A DNA stretch of 64,000 nucleotides, from positions 2,045 through 66,044 of the forward strand of contig JASFBC010000158.1 of assembly GCA_036172315.1 (NCBI GenBank). The letters are read 5' to 3'. This document shows positions 1 to 8,530 of the stretch, one piece after another. Made by a program: the position numbers and the translations under genes. Source of the DNA: Anaerolineae bacterium. Its GTDB lineage: Bacteria > Chloroflexota > Anaerolineae > B4-G1 > DUEL01. Every line of letters starts with the position of its first letter. Within the stretch, counting starts at the first letter, position 1. The notes below the pieces were generated by a model. The model was not told the DNA's origin. It did not search any database and worked only from the letters and a program-made list of their open reading frames with translations.

Positions 1-159
1 ACTTTGATTTTGCGAGCGCGGGTGGTCAATGTGGAATACGGTGTTGGGCAACTTCCCCCGGAGAGTTTCTTCCAGCGCATTTCTCTGGAGTTGGGTGTGT
101 GGTTTAAAGAAGAGGGGATTCTTCTGCCGGACGAATTCGCCTTCCCGCCCACCGTATAA
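1..159 (+). CDS. C-terminal end of an unidentified protein (partial, continues upstream of window)
   Basis: Frame +1 is open from nt 1 to TAA 157-159 and reads ..VVNVEYGVGQLPPESFFQRISLELGVWFKEEGILLPDEFAFPPTV*. Composition is protein-like but I recognise no family. It is absent from the ORF track because its start lies outside the window. Confidence 0.3.
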   Translation, partial: TLILRARVVNVEYGVGQLPPESFFQRISLELGVWFKEEGILLPDEFAFPPTV

Positions 160-178
160 TCCATCCAGGGTAACCATT

Positions 179-350
179 CAGCCCGATGGAGATCGCCCTC
201 CTGGCACCGATGGGGAAATCGGTCTCCCTCCCGCAGACCGCAGACCACAGGCCACAGACGACGGTGGTCGGTGGCCCGTCGTCCGCCCTGGGAGGACGGC
301 GCAGGCCGTCCGGAGGCCGAAGGCCCAGGGAGGCTGACTTAGCGCTGAAT
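179..350 (+). repeat. Dispersed repeat family R1, long copy (uninterrupted, 'empty-site' version)
   Basis: CAGCCCGATGGAGATCGCCCTC..CCGATGGGGAAATCGG..GACGACGG-N11-CCGTCGTC..GGACGG-N6-CCGTCC..AGGCCCAGGGAGGCTGACTT..GCGCTGAAT aligns nearly base-for-base with 19131-19416. Confidence 0.8.
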
Positions 351-529
351 CATTCCGATGAATCTTACGCTCCGCAAGTTTCTGGGTAGGTGGCCTGACA
401 TTAGCCGGCGGTCCCATGCCATCCCGAGGGCCAGATCGGGGATTCCGCAGGAATAACGTGCTGCGGAATCCCTTTTTGTTCCGTGCCGCGACGGGCCAAC
501 AACCGGTAGGCGGCGCCATACGAGATGCG

Positions 530-1162
530 ATGCGCGGGATGCGCTACGCTCTCCGCCTTTTCTTTCGCCTCCTCTACGGCCCCTTCGCCTGGACCTACGA
601 CGGGGTTGCCTGGGCAGTCTCCCGGGGAAAGTGGAGGGCGTGGGGCGCAGCCGTCCTCCCTTTTATCCCCGGCGGGCCGGTACTGGAACTGGCCCATGGG
701 CCGGGCCATCTGCTCCTGCGGTTGGCCCGCCAGGGACTTCAGCCGGTGGGCCTGGACCTCTCCCGTCAGATGGGCGCGCTGGCCTACCGTCGCCTCCGCC
801 GGGCCGGTCTCTCGCCCCGGCTGGTGCGGGCCCGGGCCCAGCGCCTCCCCTTCCCGGACGCCACCTTTCGGGCTGTCGTTGCCACCTTCCCCACGGAGTT
901 CATCCTGGACCCGGCCACCGCGCAGGAGGCCGCGCGGGTGCTATCTCAGGGGGGAACGGTGGTCGTTGTCCCCGTTGCCGTTCCCGGTGGACGGGGTCTC
1001 CTGGCCCGTGCCCTTCGCTTCCTCTATCGTGTCACCGGTCAGGACCGCTTTCCGCCCGGAGACCCCTTCTCGGCCTGGCGGGATGCCGGATTCTCCCTCT
1101 GCACTGAATGGCAGCGGGTGGGCTCCGACTCCGTCCTGCTCATCCGGGGCACCCGACCGTGA
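530..1162 (+). CDS. Class I SAM-dependent methyltransferase
   Basis: ORF 416-1162. Motif I-like VLELAHGPGHLL is followed by GLDLS and an acidic-loop pattern. ATG 530 or 539 is preferred over 416; the start is uncertain. Confidence 0.7.
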   Translation: MRGMRYALRLFFRLLYGPFAWTYDGVAWAVSRGKWRAWGAAVLPFIPGGPVLELAHGPGHLLLRLARQGLQPVGLDLSRQMGALAYRRLRRAGLSPRLVRARAQRLPFPDATFRAVVATFPTEFILDPATAQEAARVLSQGGTVVVVPVAVPGGRGLLARALRFLYRVTGQDRFPPGDPFSAWRDAGFSLCTEWQRVGSDSVLLIRGTRP

Positions 1163-1187
1163 GTTACTTTGCTCTTCCCATCACTCC

Positions 1188-2306
1188 TCACGCCATCATC
1201 TCCCCCACTTCCCGCAGCGCCCGCACCACATCCCTGGGCAGGGTAGGAGGTCTCTTTCCCACTGCGTGGCATCCCCAGATGAGTTGCGCGGTCCGCTCTA
1301 CCACCTCCAGAATGTTACAGGCCCGCCGCAGGCTCGTCGCCGCCACCACCACCCCGTGGTTCTGGAGCAGGCAGGCGGGGTTACGGCCCATCGCCTTCAC
1401 CACCGCCTCCGCCAGTTCCTTCGTCCCGGGCATAATGAAGGGGACGACCGGCACCTCCCGGAAGAAAGCCGCTTCGGTGGTAATGGGCAGGAATGGGAGC
1501 CCGCTTAAGACCAGAATCGTCGCGTAGGGCGCGTGGGCATGGACCACCGCCTGCACCTCCGGCCGCGCCCGGTAGATGGCCGTGTGCATCGGCCACTCCG
1601 ACGACGGCGCCGGGACGCCCTCGTCCAGGACGTTCCCCGCCAGGTCTATCCGCACCATCAGTTCGGGCCGCAAGTCGCCCTTGTAGAGTTGACTGGGCGT
1701 GATCCAGCACTCCTCCCGACCCTCTACCCGGACGCTCACATTCCCGCCGGTGGCGGTGATGAGCCCCAACTGGTGGAGTTCGTTGATCGCCCGGACCATC
1801 TCCGCGCGCGGGTCTCCCCCCGCCAGTGGGGGCGCGGCCGCTGCGGGCCGGAGAGCGGTCGGGGCCGGCGCGGCCGCCGGGGCGGAGAAGTCCACGCCGC
1901 CGACCTCCTCCCGCGCCGCCGTATAGAGGCGGATCAGGTCGCCCTGGACCCGCTGGACACCCATCGCCGTCCGGATGTCCCCGCTGAAGGAGAGTTTCCC
2001 GCTCATCGCCGCCTTCTGCCCGCTGAGGCGACCGGTCAGGATACCGTCCAGCACCTCCGCTGTCGCCTTCATGCGGACTTCCGCCGGGGTGGGTGGCGCG
2101 CCCAGCCCGGCCACCACCTCCCCATCCTGGAAGCCAATGTAGAACTCCAGCCCCAGGTCGGTCATCGTGTAGTGGGTCATCACCCGCCGTTTCGCGGCGA
2201 AGGCCCTCAGCGCCGGATCGGCGACGGCCTTCTCGCAGAACCGGCGCAGGAGTTCTTCCACTGTATTGCGTATTGGGTGTTCCGTGCTCGCTGCGACTTG
2301 CGCCAT
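1188..2306 (-). CDS. SCP2 sterol-carrier domain / class II aldolase-adducin domain fusion protein
   Basis: The N-terminal half has an SCP2-like pattern (..LSGQKAAMSGKLSFSGD..). The C-terminal half is class II aldolase-like (GGNVSVR.., HAHAPYAT, QNHGVVV). The start is ATG 2306, preceded by GGAGCAAGGAGCAGGGAGC. The longer 451-aa ORF upstream is read-through from the neighbouring remnant. Confidence 0.75.
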   Translation of the reverse strand: MAQVAASTEHPIRNTVEELLRRFCEKAVADPALRAFAAKRRVMTHYTMTDLGLEFYIGFQDGEVVAGLGAPPTPAEVRMKATAEVLDGILTGRLSGQKAAMSGKLSFSGDIRTAMGVQRVQGDLIRLYTAAREEVGGVDFSAPAAAPAPTALRPAAAAPPLAGGDPRAEMVRAINELHQLGLITATGGNVSVRVEGREECWITPSQLYKGDLRPELMVRIDLAGNVLDEGVPAPSSEWPMHTAIYRARPEVQAVVHAHAPYATILVLSGLPFLPITTEAAFFREVPVVPFIMPGTKELAEAVVKAMGRNPACLLQNHGVVVAATSLRRACNILEVVERTAQLIWGCHAVGKRPPTLPRDVVRALREVGEMMA

Positions 2307-2435
2307 GCTCCCTGCTCCTTGCTCCTCTGCGACCCGCTCCCTGCGACTTGCGATCTGTAAGTCGCTGACCGCCGGACCCGGCCGCTCCTCCAGGCTCTCC
2401 AGGCCCCGCTCTTCCACTCGCCGACGCGGGCCCGT

Positions 2436-3081
2436 CCAGGAGAAGCCCTCCAGCACCTGCGGGTTCAGGACGTGGCGCGGCCGTTCCCCCACCAACATCC
2501 GCCGCAGGTCCTCCACGACGATGCGACCCTGGTGGGCGGCCACTTCCTCCGTATTCCCCCCATATGCGGCGTGGCGATGACATTGGGGAGTTGCAGCAGC
2601 GGGTGGTCCCAGGCCGGCGGCTCCACGGAGAAGACGTCCACCGCCGCCCCGGCCAGATGTCCGCTCCGGAGCGCTTCGGCCAGTGCTTCTTCGTCCACCA
2701 GCGCGGCACGAGCGGTGTTGACCAGAAACGCTCCTCGCTTCATCCGGGCCAGCGCTTCCCGGCCGATGAGCCCCCGCGTCTGGTCGGTGACCGGCGCGTG
2801 GAGGCTGACGAAGTCACTCTCTGCCAGCAGGTCCTCCAGGGGGAGGAGTTCCGCGTCGGAGCGTGCGGCCTCCTCCGGGCGGACATACGGGTCATAGGCC
2901 AGGAGCCGAACCCCGAAGGGGGCCAATCTCCGGGCAACTTCCCGTCCGACCGCGCCCAGCCCGACCAGCCCCACCGTCTTCCCCCAGAGTTCCTGGCCCA
3001 GGAATGCCTCATACGCCTGCCCCATGCGGCCCATGTCCCCGGCCTCGCCGCCGGGCCGGCGGAGAAACTCGTTGGCGGGGA
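2436..3081 (-). pseudogene. D-isomer-specific 2-hydroxyacid dehydrogenase remnant (N-terminal about 100 aa missing, internal frameshift)
   Basis: Only the NAD-binding domain is present ([20 protein letters not shown] .. LHAPVT .. [16 protein letters not shown] .. AAVDVF..EP .. ATPHMGG). The C-terminal tail (..[29 protein letters not shown]) continues in another frame after a C6/G6 homopolymer at 2556-2561. There is no catalytic-domain N-terminus and no in-frame stop before the next gene. Confidence 0.7.
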
Positions 3082-3336
3082 AAGGAACTCCATCATCGCT
3101 TGTCTGATGACCGGGTGATTGCGCCCCAGGTTGAAGACACTGTACCCGGAGAGCAAGTCCAGATATCGGTTGCCCTCCGTATCCCACAGGTACGCACCCT
3201 CACCGCGAATATAGGGCTTATCAAAGCCAATAATCTGGAGGACGCGCGCCATGGAAGGATTAATGTACTTCATGTGGAGGTCGTACTGATCACCCCGCCG
3301 TTGCTCAATGAGGCGGGCCAGCGAGAAGGAGATCAT
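3082..3336 (-). pseudogene. Class III (PLP) aminotransferase, N-terminal about 85-codon fragment only
   Basis: [85 protein letters not shown] is a typical class III aminotransferase N-terminus. A good RBS (AGGAGG-N5-ATG) sits at 3336. Similarity stops abruptly near 3082, where the dehydrogenase remnant begins in another frame. Confidence 0.65.
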
Positions 3337-3353
3337 CGTTTCCTCCTTTGTTC

Positions 3354-4109
3354 TCACAGGATTTCTAGTGGTTGACGTTGACAACGCACGGTGGCCCGGA
3401 AGCGGTCTCCCCGATGGACCGTGCGCGTGAAAATCAAAGGGATTCCCTGGTCCGAGTACCCGATGCGGGTGCTGAGCACAATAGGAGTGCCCTCTGGGAT
3501 GCCCAGTTCGGCCGCTTCGTAGGGGCCAGCGGTGGAAAGTTCTATCGTATCCTCAGCGCAGGCCGGGACCAGGGAAAACACTTGGGCCATCACCTGGTAA
3601 AGGCTTCGGTCGGTCAGGTCCAGTTCCAGGAGAGTGGGGAAAAGGCGATGGGGGAGAAAAGAGGTTTCCAGAGCCATCCGCTGGTTATCGGCATACCGGA
3701 GGCGGACGATCCGAATAACGGTCTCCCCCTCCGGAAGTTGCAGGGCTTCTGCTACTTGCGGAGGAGCAGGAAGGAGTTCCTGACTGCGAACGGTTGCTCC
3801 GGCCCGCATACCGAGCTGGTCTATCAGGGTGGTATAACTCATCGGGATGAAATTCTCCGGCAGGGTGACTTTGGGGGAGGCGACGAAGGTGCCCTTTCCC
3901 TTGCGGCGGACGACCAGCCCCTCATGGGCCAGTTGGGAAAGGGCCATTCGGGCCGTCATTCGGGAGACGCCGCACTGGGCACATATCTGCGCCTCCGACG
4001 GGAGAGGGTCACCGGGTTTCAAGTGGCCGCTGAGAATCTGCTGGCGCAACTGCTCCCGAATCTGGTGGTAGATGGGGAAAGGGCTATCGGGATTTACCTT
4101 CAGGTTCAT
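3354..4109 (-). CDS. GntR-family transcriptional regulator, HutC subfamily (wHTH + UTRA)
   Basis: N-terminus is [65 protein letters not shown]. The C-terminal about 150 aa has a UTRA-like pattern. Confidence 0.9.
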   Translation of the reverse strand: MNLKVNPDSPFPIYHQIREQLRQQILSGHLKPGDPLPSEAQICAQCGVSRMTARMALSQLAHEGLVVRRKGKGTFVASPKVTLPENFIPMSYTTLIDQLGMRAGATVRSQELLPAPPQVAEALQLPEGETVIRIVRLRYADNQRMALETSFLPHRLFPTLLELDLTDRSLYQVMAQVFSLVPACAEDTIELSTAGPYEAAELGIPEGTPIVLSTRIGYSDQGIPLIFTRTVHRGDRFRATVRCQRQPLEIL

Positions 4110-4127
4110 CTCGCCCTCCGGATAAAT

Positions 4128-4135
4128 GTATAGAC
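4128..4135. promoter_or_regulatory. Candidate HutC-type operator core GTATAGAC
   Basis: Matches the HutC-subfamily core GT-N-TA-N-AC exactly. It lies 19 nt upstream of the GntR start, in the divergent GntR/VOC intergenic region. Confidence 0.35.
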
Positions 4136-4255
4136 ATCATACCATATATTGGGTGCGGCGTCAAGGGCCTGACCTGATTTCGGACGTAAGTGGGGCCAAG
4201 GAAGTCCTCACCCCTCCGCTGGGGTGGGATGAGGATACCCCCAGGACATCCAGCC

Positions 4256-4284
4256 TTGACAAACCCCGTATCCGGGCATACAAT
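4256..4284 (+). promoter_or_regulatory. Sigma-70-type promoter for the VOC gene
   Basis: TTGACA (4256-4261), a 17-nt spacer, then TACAAT (4279-4284), 20 nt before ATG 4304. Confidence 0.55.
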
Positions 4285-4303
4285 TGAATATAGGGGGTGA
4301 CAG

Positions 4304-4909
4304 ATGTTCCTGGAAGAGTTGCTTCGGTCGCCGGACTTCGGAGTTACTGTTGGGAATCTGGCCCGCCCCTTCCGGGAACGATGGGGATTGCCCGAGGTTC
4401 ACCAGTTAGGGCTGGTGGTGCCGGACGTGGAAAACGCGGCCGATGCGCTGACAAGGCGGGGCATCGGCCCGTTTTTCATCGCTGTCGGTGCCCCCCGGCT
4501 CTGGCAGGAGCGTGGCCAGGAGCGACGGGTGCGGGGGAAAATGGCCCTGGCCCGCTATCGGGGCGTGGAACTGGAACTGCTGGAGCCGCTGGAAGGCTCC
4601 GACTTTTATACCAGGAGCGTGGACCCCGAGGGGCGCCCCGTTCTGCACCACCTGGGCTTCCAGGTCGCCGAGGTGGACGGCTGGGCGGACCGACTGGCGG
4701 AGGCCGGCTACCCCCTCTGGGTGCGGGGGCGGCTGGGCCTGGGCCCTCTGCGAACCGACTTCGCCTATATGGACACCGTGGGGGATGCCGGGGTAATAGT
4801 GGAATTCATCCGCTGGCAGATTTTCGGCATCCGCTTCGTTCCTCCGGGCCCCGTCCTGAGGGCCATTGGCGGCCTGGAGCGACGGCTGGGATTCCGGCTG
4901 AGAGCGTAG
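4304..4909 (+). CDS. VOC (glyoxalase/bleomycin-resistance/dioxygenase) family protein
   Basis: 201-aa ORF with a paired beta-alpha-beta-beta-beta pattern (HQLGLVVPDVENA.., HHLGFQVAEVD..). Confidence 0.65.
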   Translation: MFLEELLRSPDFGVTVGNLARPFRERWGLPEVHQLGLVVPDVENAADALTRRGIGPFFIAVGAPRLWQERGQERRVRGKMALARYRGVELELLEPLEGSDFYTRSVDPEGRPVLHHLGFQVAEVDGWADRLAEAGYPLWVRGRLGLGPLRTDFAYMDTVGDAGVIVEFIRWQIFGIRFVPPGPVLRAIGGLERRLGFRLRA

Positions 4910-4948
4910 GGCACGAAACGGAATATGTACCGCGAAACCGTTCATCCC

Positions 4949-5011
4949 GACGGAGGCAGGCCCTCCATTGGCCAGAGGCCCAGGGAGGCGGACTTTCCGT
5001 CAGCGCTGAAT
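4949..5011 (+). repeat. R1 family, 3' module only
   Basis: GACGGAGGCAGGCCCTCC..AGGCCCAGGGAGGCGGACTTTCCGTCAGCGCTGAAT matches the last about 60 nt of R1. It ends 11 nt before the J-protein ATG. Confidence 0.75.
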
Positions 5012-5022
5012 AATTACCCGCG

Positions 5023-5985
5023 ATGGATATGGAATACAAAGACTACTACAAAATCTTAGGCGTTGACCGCAACGCCAGCCAGGACGAAATCAAGCGAGCA
5101 TACCGAAAACTGGCCCGGCAGTACCACCCGGATATGAATCCGGGGGATAAGACCGCCGAGGAGCGCTTCAAGGAGATCAACGAGGCCTACGAGGTTCTCT
5201 CCGACCTGGAGAAGCGCCGCCGCTACGACCAGTTCGGTGCAGAGTGGAGCCGCTGGCAGGCGCGCGGCGGCCCCGGCGGCTTTGAGGACTTCGCCCGCCA
5301 ATGGTTCGGACAGGCTGGGCCGCAGGTCCAGTATGTGGACCTGGACGAACTCTTCAGGCAGGTGGGCGGTCTGGGGGACCTCTTTGAATTTCTCTTCGGC
5401 ACCCCGCGCGCCCGGCCGCGCGCCGGTACCCGCCGGGCCTCCCCAAAGGGGCAGGACGTGGAGATGCCGGTAGAGATCACCCTGGAGGAGGCCTTTCACG
5501 GCACCACCCGGCAGGTGGAGCGGGCCGATGGCCGCATCGTCACGGTCAAAATCCCGCCCGGGGCCCACACCGGCTCCCGCCTCCGCTTCGCCGGCCTGGG
5601 CCAGCCGGGCCTCCTGGGCGGCCCCCCGGGCGACCTCTATTTGAAGGTGACCGTCCAACCCCATCCTGTCTTCCGGATGGAGGGAAGCGACCTCTGGCGG
5701 GACCTGCCGGTGGACCTCTACACCGCCGTCCTGGGCGGCGAAGTGCCGGTGGAGACGCTGGACGGAACAGTCATGCTGAAAATCCCGCCCGGCACCAGCA
5801 GCGGGGCGAAATTCCGCCTGCGCGGGAAAGGGATGCCTCGCCCCGGCAACGCCGAACGGCGGGGCGACCTCTACGTCGTCATCCAGGTTCAGGTCCCGCA
5901 GCGGCTGAGCGCGCGGGAGCGGGAACTCTTTGAGGAACTGGCCCGTCTGCGCCGGAGCGCGCGCTCCGGTGATGGTCACCCCTGA
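5023..5985 (+). CDS. J-domain co-chaperone, CbpA type (J domain + DnaJ C-terminal domains, no zinc-finger domain)
   Basis: [31 protein letters not shown] is the HPD motif. A G/F-like linker and two DnaJ_C-like repeats follow. There is no CxxCxGxG repeat. Confidence 0.9.
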   Translation: MDMEYKDYYKILGVDRNASQDEIKRAYRKLARQYHPDMNPGDKTAEERFKEINEAYEVLSDLEKRRRYDQFGAEWSRWQARGGPGGFEDFARQWFGQAGPQVQYVDLDELFRQVGGLGDLFEFLFGTPRARPRAGTRRASPKGQDVEMPVEITLEEAFHGTTRQVERADGRIVTVKIPPGAHTGSRLRFAGLGQPGLLGGPPGDLYLKVTVQPHPVFRMEGSDLWRDLPVDLYTAVLGGEVPVETLDGTVMLKIPPGTSSGAKFRLRGKGMPRPGNAERRGDLYVVIQVQVPQRLSARERELFEELARLRRSARSGDGHP

Positions 5986-6073
5986 TTGAACCTTTCCCGG
6001 CCTGGGACTTCGGGCCGTTCCGCCCGCAGACCCTTTACCTTGCATCCTGCCATCCAGACCGATAGGTGAAAAC

Positions 6074-7264
6074 ATGCGCCCTGCGACTTGTGATCTCCGC
6101 CTCCGGTTGGGAGCGGGCCTCCTGCTCCTGGCCACCTTAGCCTGCGCGTTTCCTCTCCCGACACCTCCACCCCCATCCGCGACGACGGCACCCGGCAACA
6201 GGCCGGTGCAGATGGTCGTCGCCACGCCGACCCCGTTGCCGGACTCTCTGATCGCCGAAGCGACCGCTGAAGACCTCCTGCTGGTCAACCTCTACGCGCG
6301 GGTCAATCCCGGCGTCGTCAACATTGACGTCGCGGCGGGAACCGGAGACGAGGCCAGTATCTTCGGCAGCGGTTCCGGATTTCTTATTGACACTGAAGGG
6401 CATATTGTCACCAACAACCATGTCGTGGAAGGGGCCGATACCATCTGGGTCACCTTCAGCGACGGGGGCCTGCGGGAGGCGAGGGTGCTGGGCACCGACC
6501 CCTTTTCCGACCTGGCCGTCCTGAAGGTGGAGGACCTCCCGCCCGGCGCGGTACCGCTGGAACTGGGAGATTCGGATACCCTTCAAGTGGGACAGCGGGT
6601 GATTGCCATCGGCAACCCCTTCGGCCTCCAGGGGACGATGACGGTGGGGGTGGTCAGCGCGCTGGGGCGGGTGCTGCCCACCGTCACCACGGCGACCGGC
6701 GGCTCCTTCTCCAACCCCGAAATCATCCAGACCGATGCTCCCATCAACCCCGGCAACTCCGGTGGCCCTCTCCTGGATTCCCAGGGGCGAGTGGTGGGGG
6801 TCAATACCGCCATCCGCACCACCACCGGGGGAAACATAGGCGTCGGTTTCGCCGTGCCGGTGAACACGGTCAAGCGCATCGTACCCCGCCTCATCTCGGA
6901 GGGAACGTACCATTATCCTTACCTGGGGATCACCGCCGATAACCGCTTCACCCTGGCGCAACTGGCCCACGAGTTGGACCTCCCGGTCACCCGGGGAGTC
7001 CTCATCTCTGCGGTGGAGCCGGGGGGACCGGCGGACCGGGCCGGTCTGCGCGGGGGGACCCGCACCGCACGGGTATTGGGAACAACGGTCCAGGTTGGCG
7101 GCGACATCATCATCGCCATTGACGGTCACCCGATAGAGGACTTCAACGACCTCATCGCCTATCTGGTACGGGAGACCGAAGTAGGGCAGGAGGTGACAGT
7201 GACCATCCTGCGGGACGGGAAGCAGATGGATGTCTCCGTCCGCCTGGGGGAGCGCCCGCGATAG
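6074..7264 (+). CDS. HtrA/DegP-family serine protease with C-terminal PDZ domain, exported
   Basis: Hydrophobic signal ending LLLLATLAC. Catalytic motifs TNNHVV, D(L)AVLKV and GNSGGPL are present, plus a PDZ-like segment (GVLISAVEPGGPADRAGLR). Confidence 0.9.
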   Translation: MRPATCDLRLRLGAGLLLLATLACAFPLPTPPPPSATTAPGNRPVQMVVATPTPLPDSLIAEATAEDLLLVNLYARVNPGVVNIDVAAGTGDEASIFGSGSGFLIDTEGHIVTNNHVVEGADTIWVTFSDGGLREARVLGTDPFSDLAVLKVEDLPPGAVPLELGDSDTLQVGQRVIAIGNPFGLQGTMTVGVVSALGRVLPTVTTATGGSFSNPEIIQTDAPINPGNSGGPLLDSQGRVVGVNTAIRTTTGGNIGVGFAVPVNTVKRIVPRLISEGTYHYPYLGITADNRFTLAQLAHELDLPVTRGVLISAVEPGGPADRAGLRGGTRTARVLGTTVQVGGDIIIAIDGHPIEDFNDLIAYLVRETEVGQEVTVTILRDGKQMDVSVRLGERPR

Positions 7265-7314
7265 GTCAGAGAATACATAATTAACCGATTCTCCCGATCC
7301 TTCTGGAGGAACCG

Positions 7315-8424
7315 ATGATAGACAAAACCGAACTGCGAAATCTGGCCCAGTTCCAGGCCGAAACGCCCATCCTGAGCGTGTATCTGGACGTGGACCCGAC
7401 CCGGCATACCAGTGAGGAGTATCTGCTTTCGCTGCGACATATGCTGAAGGAGGCGGAGAGCCAGGCGGCGCCGGAGGACATCCAGGCCGTACAGCGGTAC
7501 TTTGAGCATGAATACGACTGGTCAGGGCGGGGAGTGGCTATCTTCTCCTGCGCGGCAGCGGATTTCTGGCGGGTCTACATTTTGCCGCTACCCGTGGCCT
7601 CCGGGGTAACGGTGGCCCGCAGGCCGTATATCTCCCCTCTGGCGGCCTTGCTGGATACCTATGAGCGTTATGGGGTAGCGGTGGTGAACCGGGAGGGAGT
7701 CCGGGTGTTGCTGTTCCATCTGGGCGAGCCCATTCATGAAGAGGTTTTTGAAGGGGAGGAGGTCAAGAAACTCAAGCGGGGGCGGGGCTCTTCCGGGGGC
7801 GCTGAGCGCCGGGGTGGCGCCCCCTCCGGCAGCCGTCATATGGAAGAAGTGGCGATGCGCAACCTGCGCCAGGCCGCGCGGGTGGTGGAGCAGTTCTGGC
7901 GCCAGCACACCCCCCAGCGGCTCATCCTGGCGGGGGCTGAACCTACCGTCGCCCAATTCCGGGAGTTGTTACCCAAAGCGTTGCAGGAATTGGTGGTCGG
8001 CACAATGAGCGGGAGTTCCACCGACAGCGAGCGCCTCCTGCGGGAGCGGTCCCTCCAGGTTCTCCAGCGGGTGGAGAAAGAGCGAGAGGCGGCTATGGTG
8101 GAGGCCGTGGTGACGGCAGCCGCGAAGGGGCGGGAAGGCGCCCTGGGGCTGGACGATACTCTCAGCGCTGCCCAGGAGGGCCGCATTCGCACCCTGGTCG
8201 TCCTGCGGGACTTCCACGCCCCGGGGTATCGCTGCACTTCCTGCGGTTATCTGGCAACGCAGAATCCCAGCGTCTGCCCCTTCTGCGGTGGCGTTTTCGC
8301 CGAAATCCCCGACGCCGCCGAGGCGGTGATCACCAAAGTGGTGGAGGATGGGGGGGAGATAGAGGTGGTGGACCACCATCCGCTGCTGGAGCAGGCTGGC
8401 ATCGGAGCGCTGCTGCGGTATTAG
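7315..8424 (+). CDS. Bacterial archaeo-eukaryotic release factor-like protein (baeRF1 / eRF1-Pelota-VLRF1 superfamily) with C-terminal zinc ribbon
   Basis: N-terminus is ..ETPILSVYLDVDPTRHTSEEYLLSLRHML.., typical of bacterial eRF1-like proteins. It has a three-block architecture, a Gly-rich central loop (RGRGSSGGAERRGGAPSGSRH) and CTSC-x10-CPFC at 8233-8286. Confidence 0.6.
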   Translation: MIDKTELRNLAQFQAETPILSVYLDVDPTRHTSEEYLLSLRHMLKEAESQAAPEDIQAVQRYFEHEYDWSGRGVAIFSCAAADFWRVYILPLPVASGVTVARRPYISPLAALLDTYERYGVAVVNREGVRVLLFHLGEPIHEEVFEGEEVKKLKRGRGSSGGAERRGGAPSGSRHMEEVAMRNLRQAARVVEQFWRQHTPQRLILAGAEPTVAQFRELLPKALQELVVGTMSGSSTDSERLLRERSLQVLQRVEKEREAAMVEAVVTAAAKGREGALGLDDTLSAAQEGRIRTLVVLRDFHAPGYRCTSCGYLATQNPSVCPFCGGVFAEIPDAAEAVITKVVEDGGEIEVVDHHPLLEQAGIGALLRY

Positions 8425-8450
8425 CGAGCGGTGACCGTTTCTGACATCCA

Positions 8451-8487
8451 CCGGAGGCACAGATTTTCATCTGTGCCTCCGGTTTTT
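8451..8487. terminator. Rho-independent terminator between convergent genes
   Basis: CCGGAGGCACAGA-ttttca-TCTGTGCCTCCGG (13-bp perfect stem) followed by TTTTT. Confidence 0.85.
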
Positions 8488-8530
8488 GAGGGGGTGAAAT
8501 CCGATTCGCGCCGCAGCGCCGCGATGGCCA

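Noticed and set aside
186-389. A 67-aa ORF inside repeat R1. Its first 20 codons (MEIALLAPMG[KE]S[VA]SLPQT[AT]D) are conserved in the second R1 copy (ATG 19138), with two of four differences synonymous.
   Set aside because: The two copies diverge completely after codon 20 (one is interrupted by the nested insertion). There is no RBS, and the composition is repeat-like. Four substitutions are too few to infer purifying selection. I treat it as non-coding repeat sequence.
1188-2543. A continuous 451-aa ORF suggesting a natural fusion of the dehydrogenase C-terminus to the SCP2/aldolase protein.
   Set aside because: A strong RBS and ATG at 2306 define the SCP2/aldolase start. The upstream 79 codons comprise the frameshifted dehydrogenase tail plus repeat-like linker sequence. 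The read-through is best explained by loss of the stop codon in a decaying gene.
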